Assembly: GCA_964574595.1 (NCBI GenBank)
Contig: CAZNOF010000001.1
Location: 9,586 to 73,585, forward strand
Source of the DNA: an uncultured Pseudomonadales bacterium
GTDB lineage: Bacteria; Patescibacteriota; Microgenomatia; UBA1400; PJMF01
Direction of reading: 5' to 3'
Length of the DNA: 64,000 bases
Part shown: positions 55,793 through 64,000 of the stretch, in pieces
How the letters are laid out: each line of letters starts with the position of its first letter
Numbering within the stretch: the first letter of the stretch is position 1
The notes under the pieces: generated by a model
Database searches by the model: none
The model's input: only the letters and a program-made list of their open reading frames with translations
Told to the model about the DNA's origin: nothing
Translations under genes and position numbers: made by a program

Positions 55793-56692
55793 TTACGATT
55801 TTGCCCAAATCTGCAATGCGTCAGCGAAAATACCGCTAGCATCGAGGACTTTAATCTTAGGATGATTAATATTCTGGTGAATTGAGTTGGTGATGACCAC
55901 TGAGTCGATATCTGAGTCAATGATTGCCTCAAAACCCTTGGCAAAAATGCCGTGTGTAGAGAAGAAATGGACTTCTTTTGCGCCATTTTCTTTTAAGAAC
56001 TTGGCTCCGGAAATTACGGTACTGCCTGAGTTAATAATATCGTCAAAAATAAGGACTGATTTACCAGCAACTTCGCCATTGATGCCAACAGCTTCAACTT
56101 CACCAGTGTGTAAATCGCGGTGCTTATCAATATTTACTAAGTCGATGCCCAAGGCTTCAGAAAAGGTATGAGCGCGTTTCAATCCGCCAAAGTCGGGACT
56201 GGCAGCGACATGGTTCTTCAAATCAAAGTTGGACTTAATGTGATTTACAAAGAGATCCATTGCTGATAAATGCTGCGTGCTAATAGAGAAAAACCCAGGA
56301 GTGCTGCTATTATGTAAATCGAGCAGAAAAACTCTTTTGACATAGGTATTTGAGACTAGGTTCGCAATTACTTTAGCAGCAATTGGTTCACCCTCACGAA
56401 AAATTTTATCTTGCAGTGAATAGCCGAGCCATGGAATGACCACATTAATGTGTCTGGCGCCCGCTCTTTCCAGAGCATCTGATAGGAGTAGGAACTCAAT
56501 GATATGTTCGTCTGCTGGATTGGAAAAAGACTGAACCAAGATAATGTTTTCACCCTTCACTGATTCGTTGACCCAAATTCTTTTTTCACCATTGGCAAAG
56601 GTACCAATTTCCACTTTACCCATGGGAATACCCAGTTTGTCAGCCATTTTTTTGGCGAGATCTTGATTTGAAGAACCAGAGAAAATTTTCAT
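55793..56692 (-). CDS. prs: ribose-phosphate pyrophosphokinase
   Basis: MKIFSGSSNQDLA N-terminus, PRPP-binding DDIINSGST. Start trimmed to ATG 56692, which overlaps the upstream stop. Confidence 0.9.
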   Translation of the reverse strand: MKIFSGSSNQDLAKKMADKLGIPMGKVEIGTFANGEKRIWVNESVKGENIILVQSFSNPADEHIIEFLLLSDALERAGARHINVVIPWLGYSLQDKIFREGEPIAAKVIANLVSNTYVKRVFLLDLHNSSTPGFFSISTQHLSAMDLFVNHIKSNFDLKNHVAASPDFGGLKRAHTFSEALGIDLVNIDKHRDLHTGEVEAVGINGEVAGKSVLIFDDIINSGSTVISGAKFLKENGAKEVHFFSTHGIFAKGFEAIIDSDIDSVVITNSIHQNINHPKIKVLDASGIFADALQIWAKS

Positions 56693-56693
56693 A

Positions 56694-57446
56694 TTATTTT
56701 TTCTGCACTGCGATGAGTGCGACTCCAAATAGTGGTGATTTGGGTAGCTCGCGTTCTGATACTTCCATCCAAGTTGTCTTTTGTGGGTTCGGACTAAAAT
56801 ATCTGAACTCCGTAATTGTAGCGCCTTTTAGCATATTTTTCAGTCTTTCGGCGGTATAACAACGCATAAAGTTGTTCTGAAAATAGGCTTTTCCAATAGG
56901 CGTAGTGATGAGGAGTTTGCCTTTGGGTTTAAGAACTCTCAAGCACTCATCAATGGCTTTCTGATCAGATGTGTCTTTGCCGGCTTTTCCGTAAAGGGTG
57001 TCTAGACCAATGTGTTCCATAGTTGAGAGCATAATGACGGTATCAAATTTGTTGTTTGGCAAACCAGAATTACAGATGTCAGCTTGGAGTGGCGTCAAAT
57101 TGGGATGGGAGATTTCCCCTTTTCGAATGTCAATTCCAGTCACTGCAAAGCCAGCAGTTGCTAAAGACAAAGGTACAGAGCTTTCTAACCAACCGACGTC
57201 AAGCACTTTGCCACCTTTTAGAAAATTCAAATGACTAAATACCCAGGGAATTTCGATGATTCGTTCATTTACTTCAAGGAAAGTGTGTTTTTGACGAAGG
57301 TTTTTACTCGCATACAGGAAGGTGGCCAAAGGTTTCCAACCCCATAGATTTTTGTGACTGTCTTTTTTGAGATGAAAATGAACTGGAGCGGTGAAAGGAT
57401 ACTCGCGTGAGGGGGCAAACAAAAAGTGCTGAAGCTTGGCCAACAT
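56694..57446 (-). CDS. class I SAM-dependent methyltransferase-like
   Basis: GGKVLDVGW...GFAVTGIDI motif I, LKPKGKLLITT post-II. Confidence 0.55.
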   Translation of the reverse strand: MLAKLQHFLFAPSREYPFTAPVHFHLKKDSHKNLWGWKPLATFLYASKNLRQKHTFLEVNERIIEIPWVFSHLNFLKGGKVLDVGWLESSVPLSLATAGFAVTGIDIRKGEISHPNLTPLQADICNSGLPNNKFDTVIMLSTMEHIGLDTLYGKAGKDTSDQKAIDECLRVLKPKGKLLITTPIGKAYFQNNFMRCYTAERLKNMLKGATITEFRYFSPNPQKTTWMEVSERELPKSPLFGVALIAVQKK

Positions 57447-57479
57447 GGAGGTTAGTATAATGGCCTACTCGAGAGCTGG

Positions 57480-58232
57480 CTAGAAGGAGATTTTTTCGGC
57501 TAACTCTTGCTCAGTTAACTTACGGGCGTTTTGTCCATGCAGATCCGCTAAAGAAAAAGGACCCATTTGGACCCGGACTAATTTAACCACTTCATACCCT
57601 ACACGAAGCATCATTCTTTTTACCTGATGGTAACGACCCTCGTGGATGGTGATATCTAAAATCGTGTCATCTCCATCTTGATCAACAATCTCAACTTGGG
57701 CTGGTGAAGTCATACCTTCTTGCAATCTGACTCCTCGTTCTAAATGAGCCAAGGCTTTACCTGTTGGTTGGCCTTCAATGGTGATGCGGTAGGTTTTAGC
57801 AATTTCAAAAGATGGATGAGTTAGTTTATTCGCCAGATCACCATCATTAGTTAGGAGCATGAGACCTTCACTGTCTAAATCTAATCGACCAACTGGATAG
57901 AGCCGCGGTAGCTTTTCATCTCTCACTTGAGCTTGAAGATAATCAACAACTGTTTGGCGACTCAACTCATCCTGTGTAGTGGATAGCACGCCAACTGGTT
58001 TATAGATTAAGTAGGTGACTGGATCGGCAATGCGCGTCACAGCCTTGCCGTCGAAAGTAATTTTATCCTTAGACGGGTCAACTCGTTGACCAATCGTAGC
58101 TGGCGCGTCATTCACCATGACTCTGCCTTCCGCCACGAGCTCTTCAGCTTTGCGACGAGAGGCTATGCCGGAATGGGCTAAGAAGACGTGAATTTTTGGC
58201 AGTGGTGAAGACATATGGCAGTTTGGTTCCAA
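57480..58232 (-). CDS. RsuA/RluB-family pseudouridine synthase
   Basis: S4 domain (RRKAEELVAEGRVMVN), catalytic VGRLDLDSEGLMLLTNDG. Confidence 0.8.
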   Translation of the reverse strand: MEPNCHMSSPLPKIHVFLAHSGIASRRKAEELVAEGRVMVNDAPATIGQRVDPSKDKITFDGKAVTRIADPVTYLIYKPVGVLSTTQDELSRQTVVDYLQAQVRDEKLPRLYPVGRLDLDSEGLMLLTNDGDLANKLTHPSFEIAKTYRITIEGQPTGKALAHLERGVRLQEGMTSPAQVEIVDQDGDDTILDITIHEGRYHQVKRMMLRVGYEVVKLVRVQMGPFSLADLHGQNARKLTEQELAEKISF

Positions 58233-58241
58233 CTAGCAGTA

Positions 58242-58640
58242 TTATAGCCTATTTGCTAGGTGAAGTGACTCAGACAATTGGAGACCACTTTTCTTATCGT
58301 TTTCCAAGAGCGCTTTAAGTTCTTCAAGTGATTGGACTTGGACTGGTGGGCGTTGAAACTTTCGCAAGGTGACTATCAGCTGCTGGTCATAAATTTCTGA
58401 ATCAAGGTCAAAAATATAGACTTCAAAAACGTTTTTTGTTTCTCCAAAGATGAGTCGAGGTCCGAAGTATGGTAAGCAGTCATATGACTTACCTTCAATG
58501 ACACAATCTCCAAAATAGACCCCTGCATCAAGATCTTTAGTAGAAAGTTGCACGTCTAGGTTCGCGGTGGGAAAGCCAATGGTACGGCCAACCTGTTCAC
58601 CATGGATGACGCGACCGGTAATGACCTGAGGCAGTTGCAT
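58242..58640 (-). CDS. riboflavin kinase (RibF C-terminal domain only)
   Basis: VITGRVIHGEQVGRTIGFPTANL flavokinase motif. ORF-track N-terminal extension overlaps secA and was trimmed to Met MQLPQV. Confidence 0.7.
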   Translation of the reverse strand: MQLPQVITGRVIHGEQVGRTIGFPTANLDVQLSTKDLDAGVYFGDCVIEGKSYDCLPYFGPRLIFGETKNVFEVYIFDLDSEIYDQQLIVTLRKFQRPPVQVQSLEELKALLENDKKSGLQLSESLHLANRL

Positions 58641-58650
58641 GAGTTCTCTC

Positions 58651-61632
58651 TTAGCCTCGGTGCCAAGGTGCGTTGACCAAGCCACATAGCTTATACTTGA
58701 ACACTTTGCCGGTTTTGGGATTGATGGCTCCGCATGGACACGGATCATTTCGGCCAATTTTAATCGTGGCAGCTCCAGGTTGTGGTTTCTTAGTGGCTTT
58801 AGCATTGGCAAATGCTGCTGCAAAGTCAGCTGTCGAACCTTTTTGGGTGGCTGGTTTGGCGGTCTTTTGATCTGCAGCAGCTTGATTAACTTGCTGCGCC
58901 AAATCACCAAAGACGCCTTGTTTCTGTTCACGAATTTGACTTGGTTGAATGACAATATTCGGTTGGTCATGAATGTGGACACGGAAGATTCTATTGGCAA
59001 TGGTTGATTCAATACTCTGAATCAGTTGCTCAAACATGTTGAAACCTTCTTTTTTGTACTCACTCAAAACAGTAGACTTATCGCCGCGCATCCAAATACC
59101 GTCGCGCAAATTATCCATTTCGTCCAAATGATCCATCCATTTTTCATCAATGGTTGAGAGCATGACGAATCGCTCCAAGTCACGCATCACCACTGGGTTC
59201 AAGACCTCTTCTCTACTATCGTAGGTGGTTCTGACAATTTCCTTGAGTCGATCGATGATTGCTTCGGCTGATGTATCGGAACTAATTGTTGTTCTTAACT
59301 CTTGTTGTGATCGGTCATCAAAAGGAATAATTTTGGTGAATTCTTTGATGATGGCGTCAAATTCATCTTCTGTGAAGTCATGTGGTGCTCGCGCGCGAAC
59401 CATGTTTTCTACTTCGCTGTCGATGTACTCAATGATTTCCTGTTTTAATGGATCACGTTTCGTGGCTTTATCTTCAGTGGTTGGTTGGGCTTGTTCCAGA
59501 ATTCGGCGGCGACGTTTATAAATAATCTCTCGCTGTTTGTTCATGACGTCGTCAAACTCAACCAGTCGTTTACGTTGATCAAAGAAGAAGCCTTCTACTT
59601 TAATTTGAGCGGACTGAATTGCTGAACCTACCATGCCGTGTTCAATTGGTTGGTCTTCTTCAATTTTTAAGAAGTCCATCATTTTGGAAATTTGAGCTCC
59701 GCCAAAGAGACGCATAATTTCATCTTCTAGAGCAATGAAAAATTGAGAGGAACCAGGGTCACCTTGTCGACCGGCTCGGCCTCGTAACTGGTTATCAATA
59801 CGACGAGATTCGTGACGTTCTGAACCAATGATGTGTAAACCACCGAGCTCAACAACTTCTTGGTGTGATTTGCGCCATTTTTCAACTGCCTCTGCAAACC
59901 CTTCCAAATCATAATTCTCTGGTTTCACAGAAGGTGGCAAGTTTAATTTTTTGATGAGCGCTGGATCTTGTTTCTTTGGTTCTTTCTTTGATTTTGATTT
60001 GTCATCAACTTTCTTGAGTCTGAACTCCTTCAGTTCTGGTTTAGCTCCACCCAAGACGATGTCGACACCACGACCCGCAATGTTGGTGGCCACGGTAATA
60101 CTGCCCTTTTTACCGGCATCAGCGATGATAAAGGCTTCACGTTCGTTGTTTTTGGCGTTCAAAACTTGATGTGGAATGCGTTTTCTTTCCAACATGTCCC
60201 CGATAATTTGGTTGTGCTCAATCGATCTGGTACCAATTAAAAGTGGTTGACCAGTGGAATGATACTTCTCAACTTCTTGGACGATGGCATTGTACTTAGC
60301 GGTCGTTGTCTTATATACCACGTCTGCCATGTCATTTCTGACGGCAGGTACGTTTGTTGGAATTGGCAGCACATCCATCTCATAAATCTTGCGGAACTCT
60401 TCTGCTTCAGTCACGGCAGTTCCAGACATACCGGCTAGTTTGTCATACAGACGGAAATAGTTCTGCAAAGAAATGGTGGCAAGTGTTCTTGATTCTTGCT
60501 GAATTGGCACGTTCTCTTTGGCTTCAATTGCTTGATGGAGGCCATCAGAGTAACGACGACCATACATTAAACGACCAGTATGTTCATCAACGATAATGAC
60601 TTGTTTGTCTCGGACGATGTACTCTTTGTCCCGGCGATATAACGTCTTGGCTTTTAAGGCTGCTTCAACGTGATGAATCACATCAAAACTTTCCTCATAT
60701 AAATTATCCACACCTAATTTCTGTTCCGTTCGTTTGACACCTAAGTCAGTTAGGGTGACTGTTTTTTGTTTCTCGTCTAACTTGTAGTCCACATCATGGA
60801 CGAGAGGTTCTACCATCTTGGCGTAGTCATAGTATTTTTTGGTTGGTTCTGTATCTGGAGCAGAAATAATCAATGGTGTTCTGGCCTCATCAATTAAGAT
60901 AGAGTCGGCTTCGTCAACAATGGCAAAGAAGTGACCATTCTCGTCAGTTCGCTGAACCATTTCAGGTAATTGTTGAACCATGTTGTCGCGAAGATAGTCA
61001 AAACCAAACTCATTATTTGTTCCGTAGGTAATGTCTGCTGCATACGCCTCTTGTCGAGTAATCTCTTGAAAGTGCTCAAGACGTTCGTCGCCGCGATCTT
61101 CACTATCAAAATCAGGATTGAAGAGTCTGGCTTTATCATGAACAATGACGGACACACGCATGCCTAAGAAGTGATAGATCGGACCCATCCAACCCACACC
61201 CACTTCCGCAAGGTAATCATTGGCAGTCACTAAGTGGACACCACGACCCAATAGGGCATTTAAATACAGAGGAGCAGTTACAGTTAAAGTTTTACCTTCA
61301 CCAGTTTTTTGCTCTGTTACAGTGTTTTTATGAAGGGCGATGCCTGCCAATAACTGAACATCGAAATGTCTCATTGCCAAAACGCGGCGGGAAGTCTCTC
61401 TGACAGTCGCAAATGCTTCTGGCAGTAAGGCGTCTAAAATTGTTTCATCAGTTTGACCGTCAGCTCTTTTCTCAATGATTCGTTCTCTAAATTCTTTGGT
61501 TTTACTGGCAAGCTGTTTATCTGTCAGTTTTTTGTAATCAGGTTCTAAAGCATTAATTTGCTCGACTATTTTTTGATATTGGTTCAACTTTCGAGCATTT
61601 TCGTCGAAAATCTTGGAAAAGAAATTTAGCAT
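58651..61632 (-). CDS. secA: preprotein translocase ATPase SecA
   Basis: 993 aa. DEAD-like motor, preprotein cross-linking and helical scaffold regions, C-terminal Zn finger CPCG...KLCG. Confidence 0.95.
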   Translation of the reverse strand: MLNFFSKIFDENARKLNQYQKIVEQINALEPDYKKLTDKQLASKTKEFRERIIEKRADGQTDETILDALLPEAFATVRETSRRVLAMRHFDVQLLAGIALHKNTVTEQKTGEGKTLTVTAPLYLNALLGRGVHLVTANDYLAEVGVGWMGPIYHFLGMRVSVIVHDKARLFNPDFDSEDRGDERLEHFQEITRQEAYAADITYGTNNEFGFDYLRDNMVQQLPEMVQRTDENGHFFAIVDEADSILIDEARTPLIISAPDTEPTKKYYDYAKMVEPLVHDVDYKLDEKQKTVTLTDLGVKRTEQKLGVDNLYEESFDVIHHVEAALKAKTLYRRDKEYIVRDKQVIIVDEHTGRLMYGRRYSDGLHQAIEAKENVPIQQESRTLATISLQNYFRLYDKLAGMSGTAVTEAEEFRKIYEMDVLPIPTNVPAVRNDMADVVYKTTTAKYNAIVQEVEKYHSTGQPLLIGTRSIEHNQIIGDMLERKRIPHQVLNAKNNEREAFIIADAGKKGSITVATNIAGRGVDIVLGGAKPELKEFRLKKVDDKSKSKKEPKKQDPALIKKLNLPPSVKPENYDLEGFAEAVEKWRKSHQEVVELGGLHIIGSERHESRRIDNQLRGRAGRQGDPGSSQFFIALEDEIMRLFGGAQISKMMDFLKIEEDQPIEHGMVGSAIQSAQIKVEGFFFDQRKRLVEFDDVMNKQREIIYKRRRRILEQAQPTTEDKATKRDPLKQEIIEYIDSEVENMVRARAPHDFTEDEFDAIIKEFTKIIPFDDRSQQELRTTISSDTSAEAIIDRLKEIVRTTYDSREEVLNPVVMRDLERFVMLSTIDEKWMDHLDEMDNLRDGIWMRGDKSTVLSEYKKEGFNMFEQLIQSIESTIANRIFRVHIHDQPNIVIQPSQIREQKQGVFGDLAQQVNQAAADQKTAKPATQKGSTADFAAAFANAKATKKPQPGAATIKIGRNDPCPCGAINPKTGKVFKYKLCGLVNAPWHRG

Positions 61633-61653
61633 ATGAGTTCCTAAGCTTACCAG

Positions 61654-62925
61654 TTAAAAATTGTTTATCAAGGACTTGCCCATGAATGGTTGGAGGACTT
61701 TGGGAATTCGAATCGAACCATCTTCATTCTGATAGTTTTCAATGACTGCTGCAAGTAAGCGTGGTGAAGCAGCCATGGTGTTATTCAGTGTGTAAACGTA
61801 TTTGGTAGAGCCGTCTTTTGCACGGTACTTAATATTTAAACGACGAGCTTGGAAATCGTTAAAGTAACTGGCAGAATGAGTCTCTCGGTATTTTTCTTGA
61901 CTTGGGAACCAGGTTTCCACATCGTATTTTTTGCGTTGACCAGCACCCATATCACCTGAACACATCAATAAAACTTGGTATGGCAGTTCGAGATCTTTTA
62001 AGAGCTGTTCAGCGTACCCCACCATTTTTTGATGCCAATCTCGAGTCACTTCTTCATCTGCGACGGTGTAAATGACTTGTTCAACTTTGGTGAATTGGTG
62101 GACGCGAATAATGCCCTGAACGTCTTTGCCATAGGTCCCAACTTCTCGGCGGAAACATGGTGAAATACCAACCATTTTAAATGGCAGATCTTTCTCATTT
62201 AATACTTCGTCTTGTCTATAAGCGGTTAAAGAAACTTCAGCGGTGCCAATTAAACATTGATCATCTTGAGTTGTGTAATGATCTTCCATTCCCCAAGGGA
62301 AGTATCCGGTGCCCCACATGGCTTCCTTGTTCACCATCCAAGGGACTGTCATTGGGGTAAAGCCCTCTTTGTAGAGCATACTTAAGGCATAATTCAAAAG
62401 TGCTTGCTCGAGTATGACGGCATCATTTTTCAAGAAATATGATCTAAAACCACCGATTCGAACAGCTCTTTTGGTATCGAGCAAATCGTTTTTGAGCATC
62501 AACTCATCATGTGCTAGTGGCTTAAAACTCAGTTTTGGAATTGTGCCAACTTGCCTGACCACTTGATTATCATCTTCATTTTTGCCAACCGGCACATCAC
62601 TCGCAGGAGGGTTTGCCACTTGATACATCAAGTCTTTAAAGGTCTCTTCCACCTGCTTCAATTGAGGTTCGATATCTTGCAGTTTCGCTTTCAAGTCTCG
62701 ACCAGTTTGAATTTGCTCTTCAGTTGGTCGTTTGGTGGCTGATTTTTTGATCTCATCAGTGTTTTGGTTAATCTGTTGGCGGATTTCCTCTACCTGAGCA
62801 ATCAAGGTTCTGCGCTCTTCATCCTTTTCGAGAACGGATTTAACAATAGACGGATTCATCTGCTTATTTTTGATAGCAGTCTCCAACTCTTGTTGATTTT
62901 GGCGGATGTAGGTAATGTCTAACAT
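61654..62925 (-). CDS. serS: serine--tRNA ligase
   Basis: N-terminal coiled coil, class II motif 2 FRREVGTYG, motif 3 region. Confidence 0.9.
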   Translation of the reverse strand: MLDITYIRQNQQELETAIKNKQMNPSIVKSVLEKDEERRTLIAQVEEIRQQINQNTDEIKKSATKRPTEEQIQTGRDLKAKLQDIEPQLKQVEETFKDLMYQVANPPASDVPVGKNEDDNQVVRQVGTIPKLSFKPLAHDELMLKNDLLDTKRAVRIGGFRSYFLKNDAVILEQALLNYALSMLYKEGFTPMTVPWMVNKEAMWGTGYFPWGMEDHYTTQDDQCLIGTAEVSLTAYRQDEVLNEKDLPFKMVGISPCFRREVGTYGKDVQGIIRVHQFTKVEQVIYTVADEEVTRDWHQKMVGYAEQLLKDLELPYQVLLMCSGDMGAGQRKKYDVETWFPSQEKYRETHSASYFNDFQARRLNIKYRAKDGSTKYVYTLNNTMAASPRLLAAVIENYQNEDGSIRIPKVLQPFMGKSLINNF

Positions 62926-62964
62926 GCCTTGATTATAGCAGAGAAAACTGAGTCTAAGCTGTGA

Positions 62965-64000
62965 TTACTTCCTGAAGACTTCAATGAGGAATGCAATGTG
63001 CTCATCAGGGTCTTTGCCAATCAGCTCAAAGCCTTTTTGGATGTCTTCCCGACTCACATTTGCTGCAAAACTTTTATCCTTGAGTTTCTTTTTGACTGAC
63101 TTCGTTTCCATATCAGAAAACCCAGTTGGTCTCATCAATGAAGCCGCGTGCATCAAACCTGACAACTCATCGTTCGCAAATAGGTACTTCTCAATCAGGG
63201 TTTCAGGTTGTGTGCCGGTTCTGTCTGGAGCATGTGCCAAGATGGCGTTCTTCAAAGCTGCTGGGTAGTGAGCAATCAGCTCGCTGACGGCTCGATTTGG
63301 GTGTTCATCTGGGAACATCTCCCAATCCAGGTCATGAAGGAGTCCTGCCTGATACCAGAGCTCTGGATCCTCACCTAAGGCAACTGCAGAAGCTTCCATG
63401 GCGGCAGCTACCATCTCCATATGATGAATTAAGGCTTGGTTTTTGACGTACTGCTCAACAAGCTTTTTCGCTTCTTCTCGAGGAGGTAATGGTTTGTCTT
63501 CGCCAGCAGTAAAGCGGGTTTCTCGAAATGATTCTGAGGCTACTGGTTTGGTTCCAACTGGGTGTGACTCGGCTGTTGCAGCGAGCTTCTCGTTGACTAC
63601 AACTGGATCTGGCATGTTGTAAATCTCTTTGGTGCTTTCGTCTAATTTGTGCTTGAGTTGTGGGAAGAGTGTTCCTTCTCGAGCGGTGACGTTCTCTAAG
63701 AACCAGAAGACGCGTTCACTATGACCGTAACCAGAGGTTGGTGGCATGCCGTATTCCAGCATCTCGACAAAGTCGATGTCCATCATTTGAGCTTCATCAT
63801 CGCCTTCATTTCTGGCGGCTTGTTGTGCTTGGAATCGTTCGAGCTGATCAATCGGATCATTCAGCTCTGAATAGCCGTTTCCTAACTCACTACCAGCAAT
63901 AATGACATGGAAGCGTTGTGTTAAAGAAGGATCATCAATCTTTGATTTGGCCAATGGTGACATAAACTTTGGCTCATTTACTAGGAAAGCTGGACCAGCT
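62965..64000 (-). CDS. lysS: lysine--tRNA ligase (class II), 5' end beyond window; C-terminal HD-domain extension
   Basis: Frame is open to the window edge (...AGPAFLVNEPKFMSPLAK). LysRS C-terminal motifs GSELGNGYSELNDP and GYGHSER...LFP. An extra ~200 aa follows with an HD motif LIHHMEMVAAAME...AGLLHDLDWE. Confidence 0.8.
   Translation of the reverse strand, partial: AGPAFLVNEPKFMSPLAKSKIDDPSLTQRFHVIIAGSELGNGYSELNDPIDQLERFQAQQAARNEGDDEAQMMDIDFVEMLEYGMPPTSGYGHSERVFWFLENVTAREGTLFPQLKHKLDESTKEIYNMPDPVVVNEKLAATAESHPVGTKPVASESFRETRFTAGEDKPLPPREEAKKLVEQYVKNQALIHHMEMVAAAMEASAVALGEDPELWYQAGLLHDLDWEMFPDEHPNRAVSELIAHYPAALKNAILAHAPDRTGTQPETLIEKYLFANDELSGLMHAASLMRPTGFSDMETKSVKKKLKDKSFAANVSREDIQKGFELIGKDPDEHIAFLIEVFRK

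Noticed and set aside
56693-56728. N-terminal extension of prs (MESHSSQCRKNN)
   Set aside because: The canonical Prs N-terminus MKIFSGSS begins at the internal ATG, which overlaps the upstream gene's stop. The extension would overlap that gene and is not Prs-like.

Overview
64 kb chromosomal segment, standard code (TGA stops, no CRISPR). By eye it is about 40-43% GC with dense, often 4-nt-overlapping (ATGA/TAATG) genes. The gene content suggests, by inference only, a streamlined Patescibacteria/CPR-like bacterium: archaeal/eukaryote-type ProRS, bacterial Elp3, an apparent PPAT-DUF359 fusion, short pyruvate kinase, riboflavin-kinase-only RibF, split transketolase, many PT/PS-linker surface proteins. 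Content: (i) housekeeping: RsmB-like MTase, AlkA-like glycosylase, Elp3, RecQ, RarA, TrmH, UppP, transketolase N-subunit, pyruvate kinase, enolase, S21, HIT, DHH, ProRS, PRPP synthetase, RluB, riboflavin kinase, SecA, SerRS, and LysRS with a C-terminal HD-domain extension (runs off the window end); (ii) six tRNAs (Gln-TTG, Leu-TAA, Pro-TGG, Gly-TCC, His-GTG, Arg-TCT); (iii) an accessory stretch at about 13.3-19.2 kb holding a sharply AT-rich 2.2 kb islet abutting the 3' end of tRNA-Pro. The islet encodes an ABC-type (AAA_21-like) ATPase plus a small Toprim-like protein (VEG..E and DGD motifs). I read this as a candidate two-gene PARIS/OLD/Gabija-like anti-phage module and the best candidate here for a novel system. 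It is followed by five uncharacterised ORFs; (iv) a cell-envelope locus at about 33-48 kb: two CARDB-like paralogs flanking a GT2 glycosyltransferase, an SGNH hydrolase, a 416-aa and a 1422-aa secreted protein with GH-like, dockerin-like and PQQ beta-propeller segments; (v) regulatory candidates: a structured ~235-nt leader whose terminator hairpin abuts the ATG of a nucleoside hydrolase (riboswitch-like), a CIRCE-like inverted repeat before hsp20, and several bidirectional intrinsic terminators. All calls rest on motif recognition by eye; no database search was run.
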